The notes: generated by a model not told the origin, from the letters alone. Numbered from the stretch's first letter, positions 47,973 through 57,453 are shown. The stretch: DNA of 57,453 nt from Methanoregula sp. (GCA_026394655.1 JAPKXU010000184.1:1-57453), one strand, 5' to 3'. Numbers and translations are program-made.

Positions 47973-48808
47973 TTCGCCACTTCCCTTATGATATCATCCC
48001 GTTTGATAATCCCTGAAATTGTGTTGTTCTCCATGACAACCAGGCTGTTTTTCTGCTCTCTCGCCATCAATGCAATCGCATCGGCGATCTTCTGGTCAGG
48101 TGATATGGTTACGACAGGGCTTGTCATCACATCCCCGGCGGTCACCCGGTTGACCACGAGAGAGATCTGCCCGCCGGTCCCATCAGTTCTCGTCTGGCTC
48201 TGTCTTGCTACATCTCTACCCGCCCCTTTGGTCACTTTTGTGGCATCCTCAAAGAACGCAAGGTTTGTCTCCGTGATGATGCCTGCAATCGAACCATCAT
48301 CGTTCGTCACGACCACCTTGTCGTTTCGTGCGCTCATGACATTGATCACGTGGTCAAGCGAATGGTGCCTGCTTACAGTGGCGACATCCTCCATCACAGC
48401 ACCGACCGTGCCCTCCAGCGATGCCACCAGCGCTGAATGCATCAGGTCAGACTTGGTCACGATCCCGATGACGGTTCCTGCCTCCACTATGGGAACACAA
48501 CTGATGTTCCTCTCCACAAAGAGCCACGCGATTCCCCGTATGCCGGTGCCGGGTGTTACTACTACCGGGTTCTCCACCGCAAGCGAGGAGACCGCGATCT
48601 GGTCGAGCGACCTCCGTCGCCATGCCGCTCCCTGCTGCTTCAGCCGGTAAGCGATGTCCTTTTTTGTCAGGATACCGGTAAGTTTCCCGTTGTCCATCAC
48701 GAGCACACGGGATATTTTGTGCTTCACCATCAGGTTGCGGGCATATGCCACGGTGTCACTCGGTGAAACCACAAAGACCGGTGCGCTCATCACATCACGT
48801 GCGAACAT
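47969..48808 (-). CDS. CBS domain protein (4 CBS units)
   Basis: ARDVMSAP..GKLTGILTKKD, GIVTKSDL, GIITETNL, GIIKRDDI. Confidence 0.92.
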   Translation of the reverse strand: MFARDVMSAPVFVVSPSDTVAYARNLMVKHKISRVLVMDNGKLTGILTKKDIAYRLKQQGAAWRRRSLDQIAVSSLAVENPVVVTPGTGIRGIAWLFVERNISCVPIVEAGTVIGIVTKSDLMHSALVASLEGTVGAVMEDVATVSRHHSLDHVINVMSARNDKVVVTNDDGSIAGIITETNLAFFEDATKVTKGAGRDVARQSQTRTDGTGGQISLVVNRVTAGDVMTSPVVTISPDQKIADAIALMAREQKNSLVVMENNTISGIIKRDDIIREVAK

Positions 48809-48813
48809 GACTT

Positions 48814-49755
48814 TTACTCCAGTGCGAGCGCCCGGACAAGGTCGAACTCAGTCACGAGCCCGATCAACCGACCGCTCTCGATCACGGGTAATGCCCCGAT
48901 ATTCCTCTCCAGCATCGTCCGTGCCGCTTCATTGACGCTCTTCTCCGGGGTCGTTGTGAAAAGTTCCCCGGCGACGAGCGTGCGAACGGGCAGTTCTGTC
49001 ACCTCCGCGACGTTTCCTGCCGTGAGGCGGGAAAATACCTCACGGCTCCCGAGATACCGCATGATATCCGTTGCCGTGATGATCCCGAACAGCACGTCGT
49101 CTGATACGACGGGAAGCCGGCGGAACCGGAACTTCGTCATATCCTGCGTGACCGTACGTATCGGGCAATCCGGCGTGGTCACCCTGAGCGCAGTACTCAT
49201 TACGTCTTCGATGGCAAGCGTACTCCGTTCAGCGGCAAGCACACGGAGCACGTCGCGCTCGGTGAGGATACCGGAGAGCACCCCCTTTCCGTCCACGATC
49301 GGGATACCGCCGATCTTCTGGCTGACGATAATCGCGAGTGCGTCCCGGATGTGTGCGTCAGTTGAGAGGGTGGTGAGTTTCTGGGTCATGACCGTACGCA
49401 CGCTCTCGTTTATAGCCGCGAGCAGGTTGCCGTCATGCCGTACCTTGACGAGCCGGTACTTGTCCCCGCCACCCATGAAGTTTATCACGTCACCTGAAGT
49501 GATAATTCCCCGCAGTTTCTTTGTACCTGCATCGGTCACGGGCAGGCGGCGGAACCCGCACTTCGTCATCGTCTCCACCGCACTGAGGATACTCTCAGTT
49601 GGCGGCACTGAGATGACATCATGGGTTGCGATCGCCATGATCTCGCCTTCCTGCTCTGCAATATGGGACTTGAACTCGACGGGTCCCCGGTCGAATTTCC
49701 CCTGCATCTTTAAGAGCCGGTCACCTTGTTTTGTGCCCCGGTCATTCTGGTGCAA
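48814..49755 (-). CDS. CBS domain protein (4 CBS units)
   Basis: FRRLPV..GIITSGD, GILTERD, GIITATD, GLVTEFD. Confidence 0.93.
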   Translation of the reverse strand: MHQNDRGTKQGDRLLKMQGKFDRGPVEFKSHIAEQEGEIMAIATHDVISVPPTESILSAVETMTKCGFRRLPVTDAGTKKLRGIITSGDVINFMGGGDKYRLVKVRHDGNLLAAINESVRTVMTQKLTTLSTDAHIRDALAIIVSQKIGGIPIVDGKGVLSGILTERDVLRVLAAERSTLAIEDVMSTALRVTTPDCPIRTVTQDMTKFRFRRLPVVSDDVLFGIITATDIMRYLGSREVFSRLTAGNVAEVTELPVRTLVAGELFTTTPEKSVNEAARTMLERNIGALPVIESGRLIGLVTEFDLVRALALE

Positions 49756-49863
49756 AATGATACCTCCATTAAGGTCTGTTGCCCGTCCCGCGTGGCACGT
49801 TAAAACGATGTCATGCGTCCGGGTATATGGTGTTCCTGTTATCCGGTCATGTAGCCTTTCTGG

Positions 49864-50552
49864 TTATGGAAGTCCTTTAAGGACATCGTGCCGGTCGATG
49901 ATACCCACAAGGGTGTCTCCTTCAAGCACCGGGAGCCTGCTCACGTCATACTGGACGAGCAGTTTCGCCGCCACGCTGATCGGTTCGTCCGGTGCGATCG
50001 TGATCACAGGTTGTTTCATCAGGTCATCGACCGTCTTTTGCGCGTGCCCGGTAAGCGTCGATCGCACTGCCCTTGAGCTGATCAGGTCCCGTCGGGAGAT
50101 GATCCCGACGAGGTGCTTCTTTTTGACGACAGGGAATGCGGTGAACCCGCTCTCCATGATCAGCGTGTATATCTTCTGGATGTTATCTGTCGGGCTTGCA
50201 GCGACAACGTTGCCGGACATGTGGGTAGCGACCTTTCCGGGCATCTCGTTACGGGAGATGATCACCGGAAAGATATCCGACAGGAGTACTCCTCCGAGAA
50301 TATGGCGTTCGTGATCGATGATCGCTACGCTGTCCGTACGGCGGTCCCGCATCTTTTTCGCTACAAACTCAACGGAGTCCTCCCTCGTTCCTGTGGGTGC
50401 GTCCTTGACGTATCCTTCAAGCGTGACGTTCGATTTCGTCGCGGTCACACGCAGCGCGTCTGTGATGTCAATATACCCGGCGAGGTTTTTTTTATCCCTT
50501 CTGAAACTTTTAGCATAGGGATCTCAAGTAAGAAATCCTGTGCTGTTTTCAT
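49864..50552 (-). pseudogene. CBS domain protein, frameshifted near its 5' end
   Basis: ATG at 50552 overlaps the upstream stop and reads MKTAQDFLLEIPMLKVSE; the body frame (DKKNLAGYIDITDALRVTATKSN...) is out of frame (50552-50448 = 104 nt). Confidence 0.75.
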
Positions 50553-51115
50553 ACGATGTTATCCTCTTCACGGCACCGGGTGCAGAGCATGAGGGTGTCT
50601 GCCCGCTTAAGATCATCAGACATCTGACCGCAGCGGTTGCACACTCCCGGTTCAACATCCTCCTCGCGGTTGATCTCAATGAGATCGGTCAGGAGTTCGT
50701 TGAGTTCGTTTGACACGGTAAGGAGGTCCCGCACGGCAAGAATGCCGAGAACCTTGTTATTGTCGTCTACGACCGGGAGTCTCCTTACATGGTGCTTCAC
50801 CATCATGTGTGCAGCTTCCCCTACCGTCTGATCCGCACTCACCGTAATGAGTGGCGTACTCATGATGTCATTTACCTGTACACTGCTGGGCTTCTTGTCC
50901 TTTGATACCACTTTACAGTTGATGTCCTGTTCAGTTACGATGCCGACAGGTATGTTCTTTTTCAGGACGATGCAGCTCCCTACTTCGTCATGGCACATCA
51001 AAGCTGCTGCCTTGTGAACCGTGGCGCCCCATGCGATGGTCGTGGGGTTTGGGTGCATGATCTCTTTTAGCGGTACATTGGTCTCGAAGCGAATTGCGTT
51101 GGAAGTCTTTTTCAT
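50549..51115 (-). CDS. CBS pair + C-terminal Zn-ribbon protein
   Basis: GIVTEQDI, VRRLPV, CNRCG..LCTRC. Confidence 0.92.
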   Translation of the reverse strand: MKKTSNAIRFETNVPLKEIMHPNPTTIAWGATVHKAAALMCHDEVGSCIVLKKNIPVGIVTEQDINCKVVSKDKKPSSVQVNDIMSTPLITVSADQTVGEAAHMMVKHHVRRLPVVDDNNKVLGILAVRDLLTVSNELNELLTDLIEINREEDVEPGVCNRCGQMSDDLKRADTLMLCTRCREEDNIV

Positions 51116-51364
51116 GAGTCACCTCCTAGAAGTGCTTGGCTGATGATTACAATTACCATACTCCCCACCACTTGTATAAATACAATTTGGCAGCTGCCCG
51201 GTCAAATGCACCACAGTAATATCCGGAATCTTCGCGCGTGCGAGTGCTGCGGACTGACGTTACACTGTACGAGAAACCTAATAAAGACCGCATTCCAAAC
51301 ATTAGTATCTGTTATTGGTGAAATCATTGTTCCAGCACATCATTTCCGATGAGAGAGGTGTTTT

Positions 51365-52018
51365 ATGAAGACCATCTCCCAGAGTTTTGGCAGGGCAAAG
51401 AAACGATTCTCCCTCTTTCTCGCCCGGTTTTTCAAAAAGAAACGGACCCGGATCGGTATCTACGGACCTCCCAACGCCGGCAAGACAACGCTCGCAAACC
51501 GGATCGCCCGCGACTGGACCGGCGACGCAGTCGGTCCCGTAAGCGAGATCCCGCACGAGACCCGGCGTGCACGAAAGAAAGAGAATGTCGTGATCTCGGG
51601 TGCTAACGGGAGTACGATTACCATCGATATCGTTGATACCCCGGGTGTCACCACCAAGATCGATTACCACGAGTTTTTGGAGTACGGGATGGAGAAGAAC
51701 GAGGCGATCATCCGTGCCCGTGAAGCTACCGAAGGTGTCGCTGAGGCGATGCACTGGCTGCGCGAGGATATCGACGGGGTTGTCTACATGCTGGACTCGA
51801 CGCTCGATCCGTTCATGCAGGTGAATATTATGATGATCGGTATTATCGAGAGCCGCAAGCTCCCGGTAATTATTGTTGCAAACAAGATCGATCTCGTGGA
51901 TGCGGCCCCCGCCCGGATACGGAGCGCTTTCCCCCAGCACCCGGTGGTCGCGATCTCCGGGCTGGAAGGCAGGAACACCGAAGAGCTGTACGAGAAGATG
52001 ATCGAGAACTTCGCATAA
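51365..52018 (+). CDS. Era-like small GTPase (OapA/ArvA family)
   Basis: RIGIYGPPNAGKTTLANRI, SEIPHETRRAR, DTPG, ANKIDL, AISGL. Confidence 0.9.
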   Translation: MKTISQSFGRAKKRFSLFLARFFKKKRTRIGIYGPPNAGKTTLANRIARDWTGDAVGPVSEIPHETRRARKKENVVISGANGSTITIDIVDTPGVTTKIDYHEFLEYGMEKNEAIIRAREATEGVAEAMHWLREDIDGVVYMLDSTLDPFMQVNIMMIGIIESRKLPVIIVANKIDLVDAAPARIRSAFPQHPVVAISGLEGRNTEELYEKMIENFA

Positions 52019-52030
52019 GAGAGGGGCACG

Positions 52031-52426
52031 ATGCCACACAAGTGTACGAAATGCGGCAGGGAGTATCCCGACGGTTCAACCGAGATCCTGAAGGGTTGCG
52101 GGAGTTGCGGCGGGAAGAAGTTCCTCTACATCAAGGATGCGGAGATCCACAAAGACGTGCTTGAGGAGAAATCGATCGAAGAGATCGCGCTTGAGTCAAA
52201 GGAAGAAGTGCTTGAGGTCACGAGTAAGTCACCCAAAAAAGAGGTGGAGATGTATGACCGGGTGGAAACGATCCGGATCGTGGCACCCGGTTCCTACGAG
52301 CTCAATATCGAGAAGATGGCAAAGAGCGATGAGCGGATAGTTTCCGTGGGCACTGAAGGCAACTACATCATCGATCTCATGTCCATGGCAACAGATCCAA
52401 AGAAGAAGCGGGCAAAGAAGTCATAA
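52031..52426 (+). CDS. Zn-ribbon protein (DUF2072 / OapC-like)
   Basis: MPHKCTKCG..ILKGCGSCGGKKFLY, ETIRIVAPGSYELNI. Confidence 0.88.
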   Translation: MPHKCTKCGREYPDGSTEILKGCGSCGGKKFLYIKDAEIHKDVLEEKSIEEIALESKEEVLEVTSKSPKKEVEMYDRVETIRIVAPGSYELNIEKMAKSDERIVSVGTEGNYIIDLMSMATDPKKKRAKKS

Positions 52427-52495
52427 GTGCAGATCTCCTGCATGCACCCCCTCTTTTATCGATACCCTTATTATTCCCGCACGGCAAATGGTAAG

Positions 52496-52635
52496 ACAGC
52501 ACTTTTTAATGTGCTGACAGATGTAAGTCCGACGTGCTTCACCGCACTGCCCGAACGTGGCTTTGGGATTACAGGGGGTCAGTAAGCTTACTGCACTTTC
52601 TGGACTTACAGGACGTCTTTGAAGGAGGTATAACT
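52496..52635 (+). ncRNA. Structured 5' leader of rps15 (probable S15 r-leader)
   Basis: Closing stem TGTAAGTCC (52522-52530) / GGACTTACA (52602-52610) encloses GTGC..GCAC, CCCGAA..TTTGGG and CAGTAAGCTTACTG hairpins, ahead of a GGAGG RBS. Confidence 0.65.
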
Positions 52636-53094
52636 ATGGCACGAATGCACGCCCGAAGAAGAGGCAAATCCTGCTCAGTCCGCCCTTACCGGAAACAGGC
52701 GCCCGCATGGTCCAACACGGACACAAAGGCAATTGAGAAGATCATCATCGATCTCCGGAAGGAAGGCACATCGAGCGCAAAGATCGGTCTCATCCTGCGG
52801 GATCGTTACGGCGTCCCTGATGTCAAGATGGCAACAGGTAAACGCATCGGGGATATCTTAAGGGAGAACAAGATCGAGTCCGAGATCCCCGAAGATCTTC
52901 GGAATCTCATGATAAAGGCGCTCGGGTTGCGCAAGCACCTGGGTGAGAACAAGAAAGACCTGCACAACAAACGGCAGCTCCACCTCGTTGAAGCCAAGAT
53001 CCGCAGGCTGGTAAGGTACTACACGGGAACAAAGAAACTGCCCGCTGGATTTACCTACAAACCCGAGACTGCAGAAATCCTGCTGTCACGGTAA
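52636..53094 (+). CDS. rps15: 30S ribosomal protein uS15
   Basis: MARMHARRRGKS, IGLILRDRYG, IPEDL, EAKIRRLVRYY. Confidence 0.97.
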   Translation: MARMHARRRGKSCSVRPYRKQAPAWSNTDTKAIEKIIIDLRKEGTSSAKIGLILRDRYGVPDVKMATGKRIGDILRENKIESEIPEDLRNLMIKALGLRKHLGENKKDLHNKRQLHLVEAKIRRLVRYYTGTKKLPAGFTYKPETAEILLSR

Positions 53095-53119
53095 GACAAG
53101 AACCCTCGTGTTGATCCCC

Positions 53120-54337
53120 ATGTCGCTTGACGCCGCAGCAGAGACCGTTGCAGAACAGATCCGCCGCCAGCCATTCGTCGAGGTGTATGCACACCACGAT
53201 GCGGATGGCATCGCAGCGGGTGCTATCCTCTGCCATGCGATGCTCCGTGCGGGCATCCGGTTCCGGTTGAGGATAAAGTCAGAGGTCAGCGTCGCAGAAC
53301 TGGGTGGAGAGGGTGCAAAACTCCTCTGTGATCTCGGTTCCGGGATAGAGAACCTTCCCGGGGACACGATTGTCGTTGACCACCACATCCCACGATTTGA
53401 GGGTGAGTTCCATGCAAATCCCCGTCTTTACGGCATCGACGGCGATCGCGAACTTTCAGCAGCCGGCATGGCATACATCGTCGCACAGAAGATCGGGGAT
53501 AACCGCGATCTTGCCGGGCTTGTCATCCCCGGGATTATCGGAGATGACCAAGAGATCAAGGGCAAAAACCTTGAGATCTTCAACGATGGTATCGGCAACG
53601 GAATCGTCCTCCCGGCTCGCGGGCTTACGCTTCCCGGGCGGGACATGACCGAGCGTTGGTACATTGCCACAAACCCGTATCTCTCCGGGATCAGTGGGGA
53701 AGAGACCGTCATCGCAGATCTCATCGATGAGGCAAAAGGGGAGAACGGCACACGGCTCGACACCCTCATCTCGCTTGCAGTGCTCCGTGCAGCACCCCAG
53801 ACAGCGGTTGAAAGCCTGTACGCGATCTACGGCGACACATACCATCTCGAACGCGAAGTGATCGACGATGCCCATGCCCTCACCGCTGTCATTGATGCCT
53901 GCGGTAAATCCGGGCACGGTGACCTTGGTGCAGCACTCTGCCTGCGGTCGTCCCACGCACTTGTTAAGGCATGGGAGATCGCACGCCAGCACCGCATGAA
54001 CGTGATTACGGCGTTACACTCCGTGCAGCCCATAGCGGGCAGTGCAGGGGTGTACGAGGTGCAGGAAGCACTGCTGACAAGTGACATCGCAGATGTGCTG
54101 GCACGGGACCAGGTGCAGACCATGCCGGTAATCGTGTATGCACGAAACGGCGAGGTGTGCCGGATCTCGGCTCGCTGCCCGCGTGGTGTCACCGCAGATA
54201 TCGGACTTGTAGTCCGGGAAGTTGCAGCAGCATGCGGTGGGAACGGTGGCGGACACAACCATCGTGCAGGAGCAACGATCCCGTGCAACCAGATCCCGGC
54301 ATTTGTCAATGGCTGGCAGGGGGCGCTTGCTGCATGA
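53120..54337 (+). CDS. DHH family phosphoesterase (RecJ/GAN-like)
   Basis: HHDADG, CDLGSG, VDHH, DHHA1 GGGHNHRAGA; conserved position after S15. Confidence 0.9.
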   Translation: MSLDAAAETVAEQIRRQPFVEVYAHHDADGIAAGAILCHAMLRAGIRFRLRIKSEVSVAELGGEGAKLLCDLGSGIENLPGDTIVVDHHIPRFEGEFHANPRLYGIDGDRELSAAGMAYIVAQKIGDNRDLAGLVIPGIIGDDQEIKGKNLEIFNDGIGNGIVLPARGLTLPGRDMTERWYIATNPYLSGISGEETVIADLIDEAKGENGTRLDTLISLAVLRAAPQTAVESLYAIYGDTYHLEREVIDDAHALTAVIDACGKSGHGDLGAALCLRSSHALVKAWEIARQHRMNVITALHSVQPIAGSAGVYEVQEALLTSDIADVLARDQVQTMPVIVYARNGEVCRISARCPRGVTADIGLVVREVAAACGGNGGGHNHRAGATIPCNQIPAFVNGWQGALAA

Positions 54338-54558
54338 TGCAGATCACCGGGGAGATCAAAACAGAGCACCGGAACGCCCGGTGTGTGGCGGCGGCACTCG
54401 CACCGGATAACCTGAAGAGTATGGTAACGACGGCAAGCGGGGACAAGGTCACGACAACAATTGCAGGAACGCAGGTCAGGTCAGTCATTGCGTCAGTCGA
54501 TGACTACCTGATGATGCTGGCAATTGCAGAGGACACATGTTCATACGTTTCGCAATGA
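54334..54558 (+). CDS. pcc1: KEOPS complex subunit Pcc1
   Basis: VAAALAPDN..VRSVIASVDDYL; lies between the DHH gene and S3Ae. Confidence 0.85.
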   Translation: MMQITGEIKTEHRNARCVAAALAPDNLKSMVTTASGDKVTTTIAGTQVRSVIASVDDYLMMLAIAEDTCSYVSQ

Positions 54559-54692
54559 CTACGGCAAAAACCACAATGTGCCATGAGATCAACGGCACTT
54601 ATGGGAAAATCGCAAACATGGTTATTATGCCCAGCGTCGTGCGGAACGGGATGGTAAACCAAACAGGGGGAGAACTCCTTTAAGGTGATATT

Positions 54693-55298
54693 ATGGCAAA
54701 GAAGAAACAGGTAGGAAGAAGAGTCGAAGGCTGGAAAGCCAAGAGCTGGTTCAAGGTCTACGTCCCCGACAACCTCGGGAAGGCGTATATCGGTGACACC
54801 ATTGCAAATGACGCCGAGAACGTGAAAGGCAGGATCATGCAGTCAACGCTCGGCGAGATCATGAACGATTATGGAAAACAGCACGTCAAGATGAGCTTCA
54901 AGATTGCCACCGTGACGGGTGATGCAGCATACACGGAGTTTGTCGGGCACGAAGTGACCCGGGATTATCTCCGGTCACTGGTCAAGCGCAGGAGCTCCCG
55001 CGTGGACTGCCATATGCTGGTCGTGACAAAGGACGCCAAGAAGGTCCGGTTGACCATCAGCTGTTACACGTTTGCACGGGCGAATATTGCACAGGAACAC
55101 GCGATCCGAAACGTGATCCTTGCAAGCGTGGCTGCACAGTCACAGGCATGGGACCTGACGACGCTCGTAAACGGCATCGTTTCCGGCGAAATCTCCCGTG
55201 ACCTCTTCAAGGCAGTCAAGACCATCTACCCTACACGCAGGGTAGAGATCATCAAGTCAAAGGTTGAGCCGGTCGCAGCTCTCATCTCAACCAAGTAA
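54693..55298 (+). CDS. rps3ae: 30S ribosomal protein eS1 (S3Ae)
   Basis: WKAKSWF, GHEVTRDYLRSLVKRRSSRVD, IYPTRRVEIIKS. Confidence 0.96.
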   Translation: MAKKKQVGRRVEGWKAKSWFKVYVPDNLGKAYIGDTIANDAENVKGRIMQSTLGEIMNDYGKQHVKMSFKIATVTGDAAYTEFVGHEVTRDYLRSLVKRRSSRVDCHMLVVTKDAKKVRLTISCYTFARANIAQEHAIRNVILASVAAQSQAWDLTTLVNGIVSGEISRDLFKAVKTIYPTRRVEIIKSKVEPVAALISTK

Positions 55299-55315
55299 AA
55301 CGGTAACATTCATCA

Positions 55316-55325
55316 TCTTTTTTTT
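55316..55325 (+). terminator. Oligo-T archaeal terminator after rps3ae
   Basis: T-tract about 20 bp after the stop codon. Confidence 0.5.
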
Positions 55326-55414
55326 ACAGGTGCTGTCGGATTCACCGTTGTGATGCCGGACCTGTGTACTACCAAGAAGCATAATTAATCCCTGCGTCTA
55401 ACCATTCAACACGA

Positions 55415-56650
55415 ATGACCGCTCATAAGATCCTGTTCGTTATCATTGACGGTTTGTCTGACAGACCCTGCCCTGAACTTGGTGGTCTCACCCCCCTCGA
55501 AGCAGCAAAAAAACCGGTCCTCGACCGGCTGGCGACCGAGGGTATCTGCGGGATTATGGACACGATCGCGCCGGGGATCCGTCCCGGATCCGATACGGCA
55601 CATCTTGCCCTGCTCGGCTACGATCCGCACACGTATTACACGGGGAGGGGACCGCTCGAATGCGAGGGGAGCGGTATCCACATGGATGCGGGGATGATCG
55701 GGTTCCGGTGCAACTACGCCACGGTTTCCCCGGCAGGGTTGATCGTAGACCGGCGTGCAGGCAGGATCCACGACACTGCGGCACTCTCAAAAGTGATACA
55801 GGAGGGTGTTGACCTCTCGCGGTTCGGCGTGGAATTCACCTTCCGTTCCGGCGCCGGACACCGTGCGGCACTTGCGCTTAAGGGTGAAGGGCTTGGGCAC
55901 TGTGTCTCCTCAAACGACCCAAAGAAGGACGGAGTGCCACCGCTCACGGTGAATGCAGTGCGGCAAACTGAAGAGGACAAGAAGACTGCGGCTGTCTGCA
56001 ACGAGTTTGTCCGGCAGTCGACTGCAATCCTTGCCAACCACCCGGCGAACCAAAAACGGTCCGCTGATGGACTCGTCCCGGCGAACATCGTCCTTATGCG
56101 GGGTGCAGGCGAGATGGGGCAGTATGAACCGTTCTCACAAAAGTACGGGATCAATGGGAGCGTTATTGCCGCCGCGAGCCTGATCACCGGCATCGGCAGG
56201 GCTGTCGGGCTCACGCCGGTTCCGGTACCGGGGATCACCGGCTCGCAAGACAGCAATATCGACGGAAAGATCAGAGCGGTAATCGACGAGCTAAAAACAA
56301 AGGATTTTGTGCTGGTCAATATCAAAGGTGCCGACGAGGCGGGGCATGACGGGCATGTGGCGGAGAAAAAGGCGTTTATCGAACGTGTTGACACCGCACT
56401 CGTGCCACTCATCCCCCTTAAGGACTGCCTCCTTGTAGTCTGTGCCGACCACTCTACACCCTGCTCCATCAAGGACCACAGCGCAGATCCGGTCCCGGTG
56501 GTCATATGGGGCGAAGGTGTCCGGGTAGACAATGTCACGCACTTTGACGAACGTGCCTGTGCCATGGGGGGGCTCAACCGGATCACCGGTGCGGCACTGA
56601 TGCCGATGGCGCTCGACTTGATCAACAAGGCTCACAAGTACGGCGCCTGA
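55415..56650 (+). CDS. apgM: 2,3-BPG-independent phosphoglycerate mutase (archaeal)
   Basis: IIDGLSD, PGSDTAHL, YTGRGPLE, KGADEAGHDG, ADHSTP..HSADPVP. Confidence 0.95.
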   Translation: MTAHKILFVIIDGLSDRPCPELGGLTPLEAAKKPVLDRLATEGICGIMDTIAPGIRPGSDTAHLALLGYDPHTYYTGRGPLECEGSGIHMDAGMIGFRCNYATVSPAGLIVDRRAGRIHDTAALSKVIQEGVDLSRFGVEFTFRSGAGHRAALALKGEGLGHCVSSNDPKKDGVPPLTVNAVRQTEEDKKTAAVCNEFVRQSTAILANHPANQKRSADGLVPANIVLMRGAGEMGQYEPFSQKYGINGSVIAAASLITGIGRAVGLTPVPVPGITGSQDSNIDGKIRAVIDELKTKDFVLVNIKGADEAGHDGHVAEKKAFIERVDTALVPLIPLKDCLLVVCADHSTPCSIKDHSADPVPVVIWGEGVRVDNVTHFDERACAMGGLNRITGAALMPMALDLINKAHKYGA

Positions 56651-56670
56651 AATAGCATCCGGGGGGCTTA

Positions 56671-57453
56671 ATGAGAGACGGATCCGTGAAAAACTGGCAT
56701 AAACACTGCCTGCTTCCTGATGGCACTGAACTACAGGAGCACAGCCTCAAGACCGATCGCAATATCGTGATCGGGGAGTTCTGCCAGATCGATTACGGGC
56801 TCCGGGGCGCTGATGTATACGTGGGCGAGTCTTCGAAGATAAGGGAGTACGTCTGGGCAAATGGCGACGCACGGATTGGGAACCTCTGCGAGATTGGGAG
56901 CGATGTGATCGCACAGGGGGACGCCTATATCGGAGAAGGCGTGAAAATCAACGGAAAACTGGTGGTGAACGGGACGCTCGATATCGGAGAGAAAGTCGAG
57001 ATCAAGGAGGGTTTTTTCGCAAAAGGTGCAATAGAAGTGAGAAACCCGATGCCGGTCTTCATGTTCATCCTCATCTACTTATTGACCCTCATGAGAATTC
57101 AGAACGAGAGAGAACTCGACCGGATCCTGGATGACATCTTCTCCGAAGACGAAGCGAAGATGGAGATCCCGCTCATGATCCCTGCACGTTCGAGACTGGA
57201 CATGAAGCTCTTCTCGGTTCCCTCAACGATGAAGATCGGCAAGCGGTGCCGGCTCCACGGGAATATCCGGGCTGGCTCGATCGATGTCCAGCAAGACACC
57301 ATAATCTTTGGGAGCCTGCGGGCAAAGCACCGTATCAGTGTTGCAGGAGGTGCCACCATTCACGGGAATGTCGAAGGCGGCGGAACAGTCTTTGTGAAAA
57401 AGGGCGCCCATATTTTAGGGGATGTCATTGCAAAGTCCCTCACACTCCACGAG
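56671..57453 (+). CDS. Polymer-forming cytoskeletal (bactofilin-like beta-helix) protein, runs off the window end
   Basis: Manual translation MRDGSVKNWHKHCLLPDGTELQEH..GDAYIGEGVKINGKLVVNGTLDIG..RNPMPV..RLHGNIRA..IHGNV..ILGDV; no stop before the window end. Confidence 0.82.
   Translation, partial: MRDGSVKNWHKHCLLPDGTELQEHSLKTDRNIVIGEFCQIDYGLRGADVYVGESSKIREYVWANGDARIGNLCEIGSDVIAQGDAYIGEGVKINGKLVVNGTLDIGEKVEIKEGFFAKGAIEVRNPMPVFMFILIYLLTLMRIQNERELDRILDDIFSEDEAKMEIPLMIPARSRLDMKLFSVPSTMKIGKRCRLHGNIRAGSIDVQQDTIIFGSLRAKHRISVAGGATIHGNVEGGGTVFVKKGAHILGDVIAKSLTLHE

Noticed and set aside
48932-50314. 460-aa plus-strand ORF over the CBS genes
   Set aside because: Ser/Thr/Arg-rich antisense shadow.

Overview
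Archaeal chromosome window, most consistent with a Methanomicrobiales (Methanoregula-like) methanogen. This is inferred from cofC/cofG, the archaeal ribosomal/RNAP/mevalonate superoperon and the protein styles. (1) 1-8.3 kb looks like the right end of a decayed integrated element: an IS1634 transposase inserted into a casposase-type (Cas1-solo) remnant, a PadR-ABC-S-layer-EmrAB-like cargo module, and a 3'-half tRNA-Leu(GAG) fragment resembling an att site. (2) 8.5-30.5 kb is mixed housekeeping and accessory DNA: cofC, cofG, purC followed by a purS::purQ deletion scar, FTR, a DNA glycosylase, UbiB, an orphan DNA methyltransferase, UbiA, RecQ, and an AT-rich orphan gene with a possible adaptin-appendage-like fold. 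(3) 30.5-44.3 kb is the conserved minus-strand superoperon tRNA-Ser-S13-S4-S11-rpoD-L18e-L13-S9-rpoN-tRNA-Pro-rpoK-eno-S2-MEMO1-mvk-ipk-fni-rnj-idsA-gltX. (4) 44.4-57.4 kb holds a bacterial-type RNase III, an unexplained ~0.4 kb array of RGAAGTRTTG repeats and palindromes (candidate origin or regulatory array), a decaying five-gene CBS cluster, an OapA/ArvA GTPase plus Zn-ribbon gene, the S15 leader-S15-DHH-Pcc1-S3Ae cluster, apgM and a bactofilin-like gene. No CRISPR array was seen. All family calls come from motif recognition by eye; no database searches were run.
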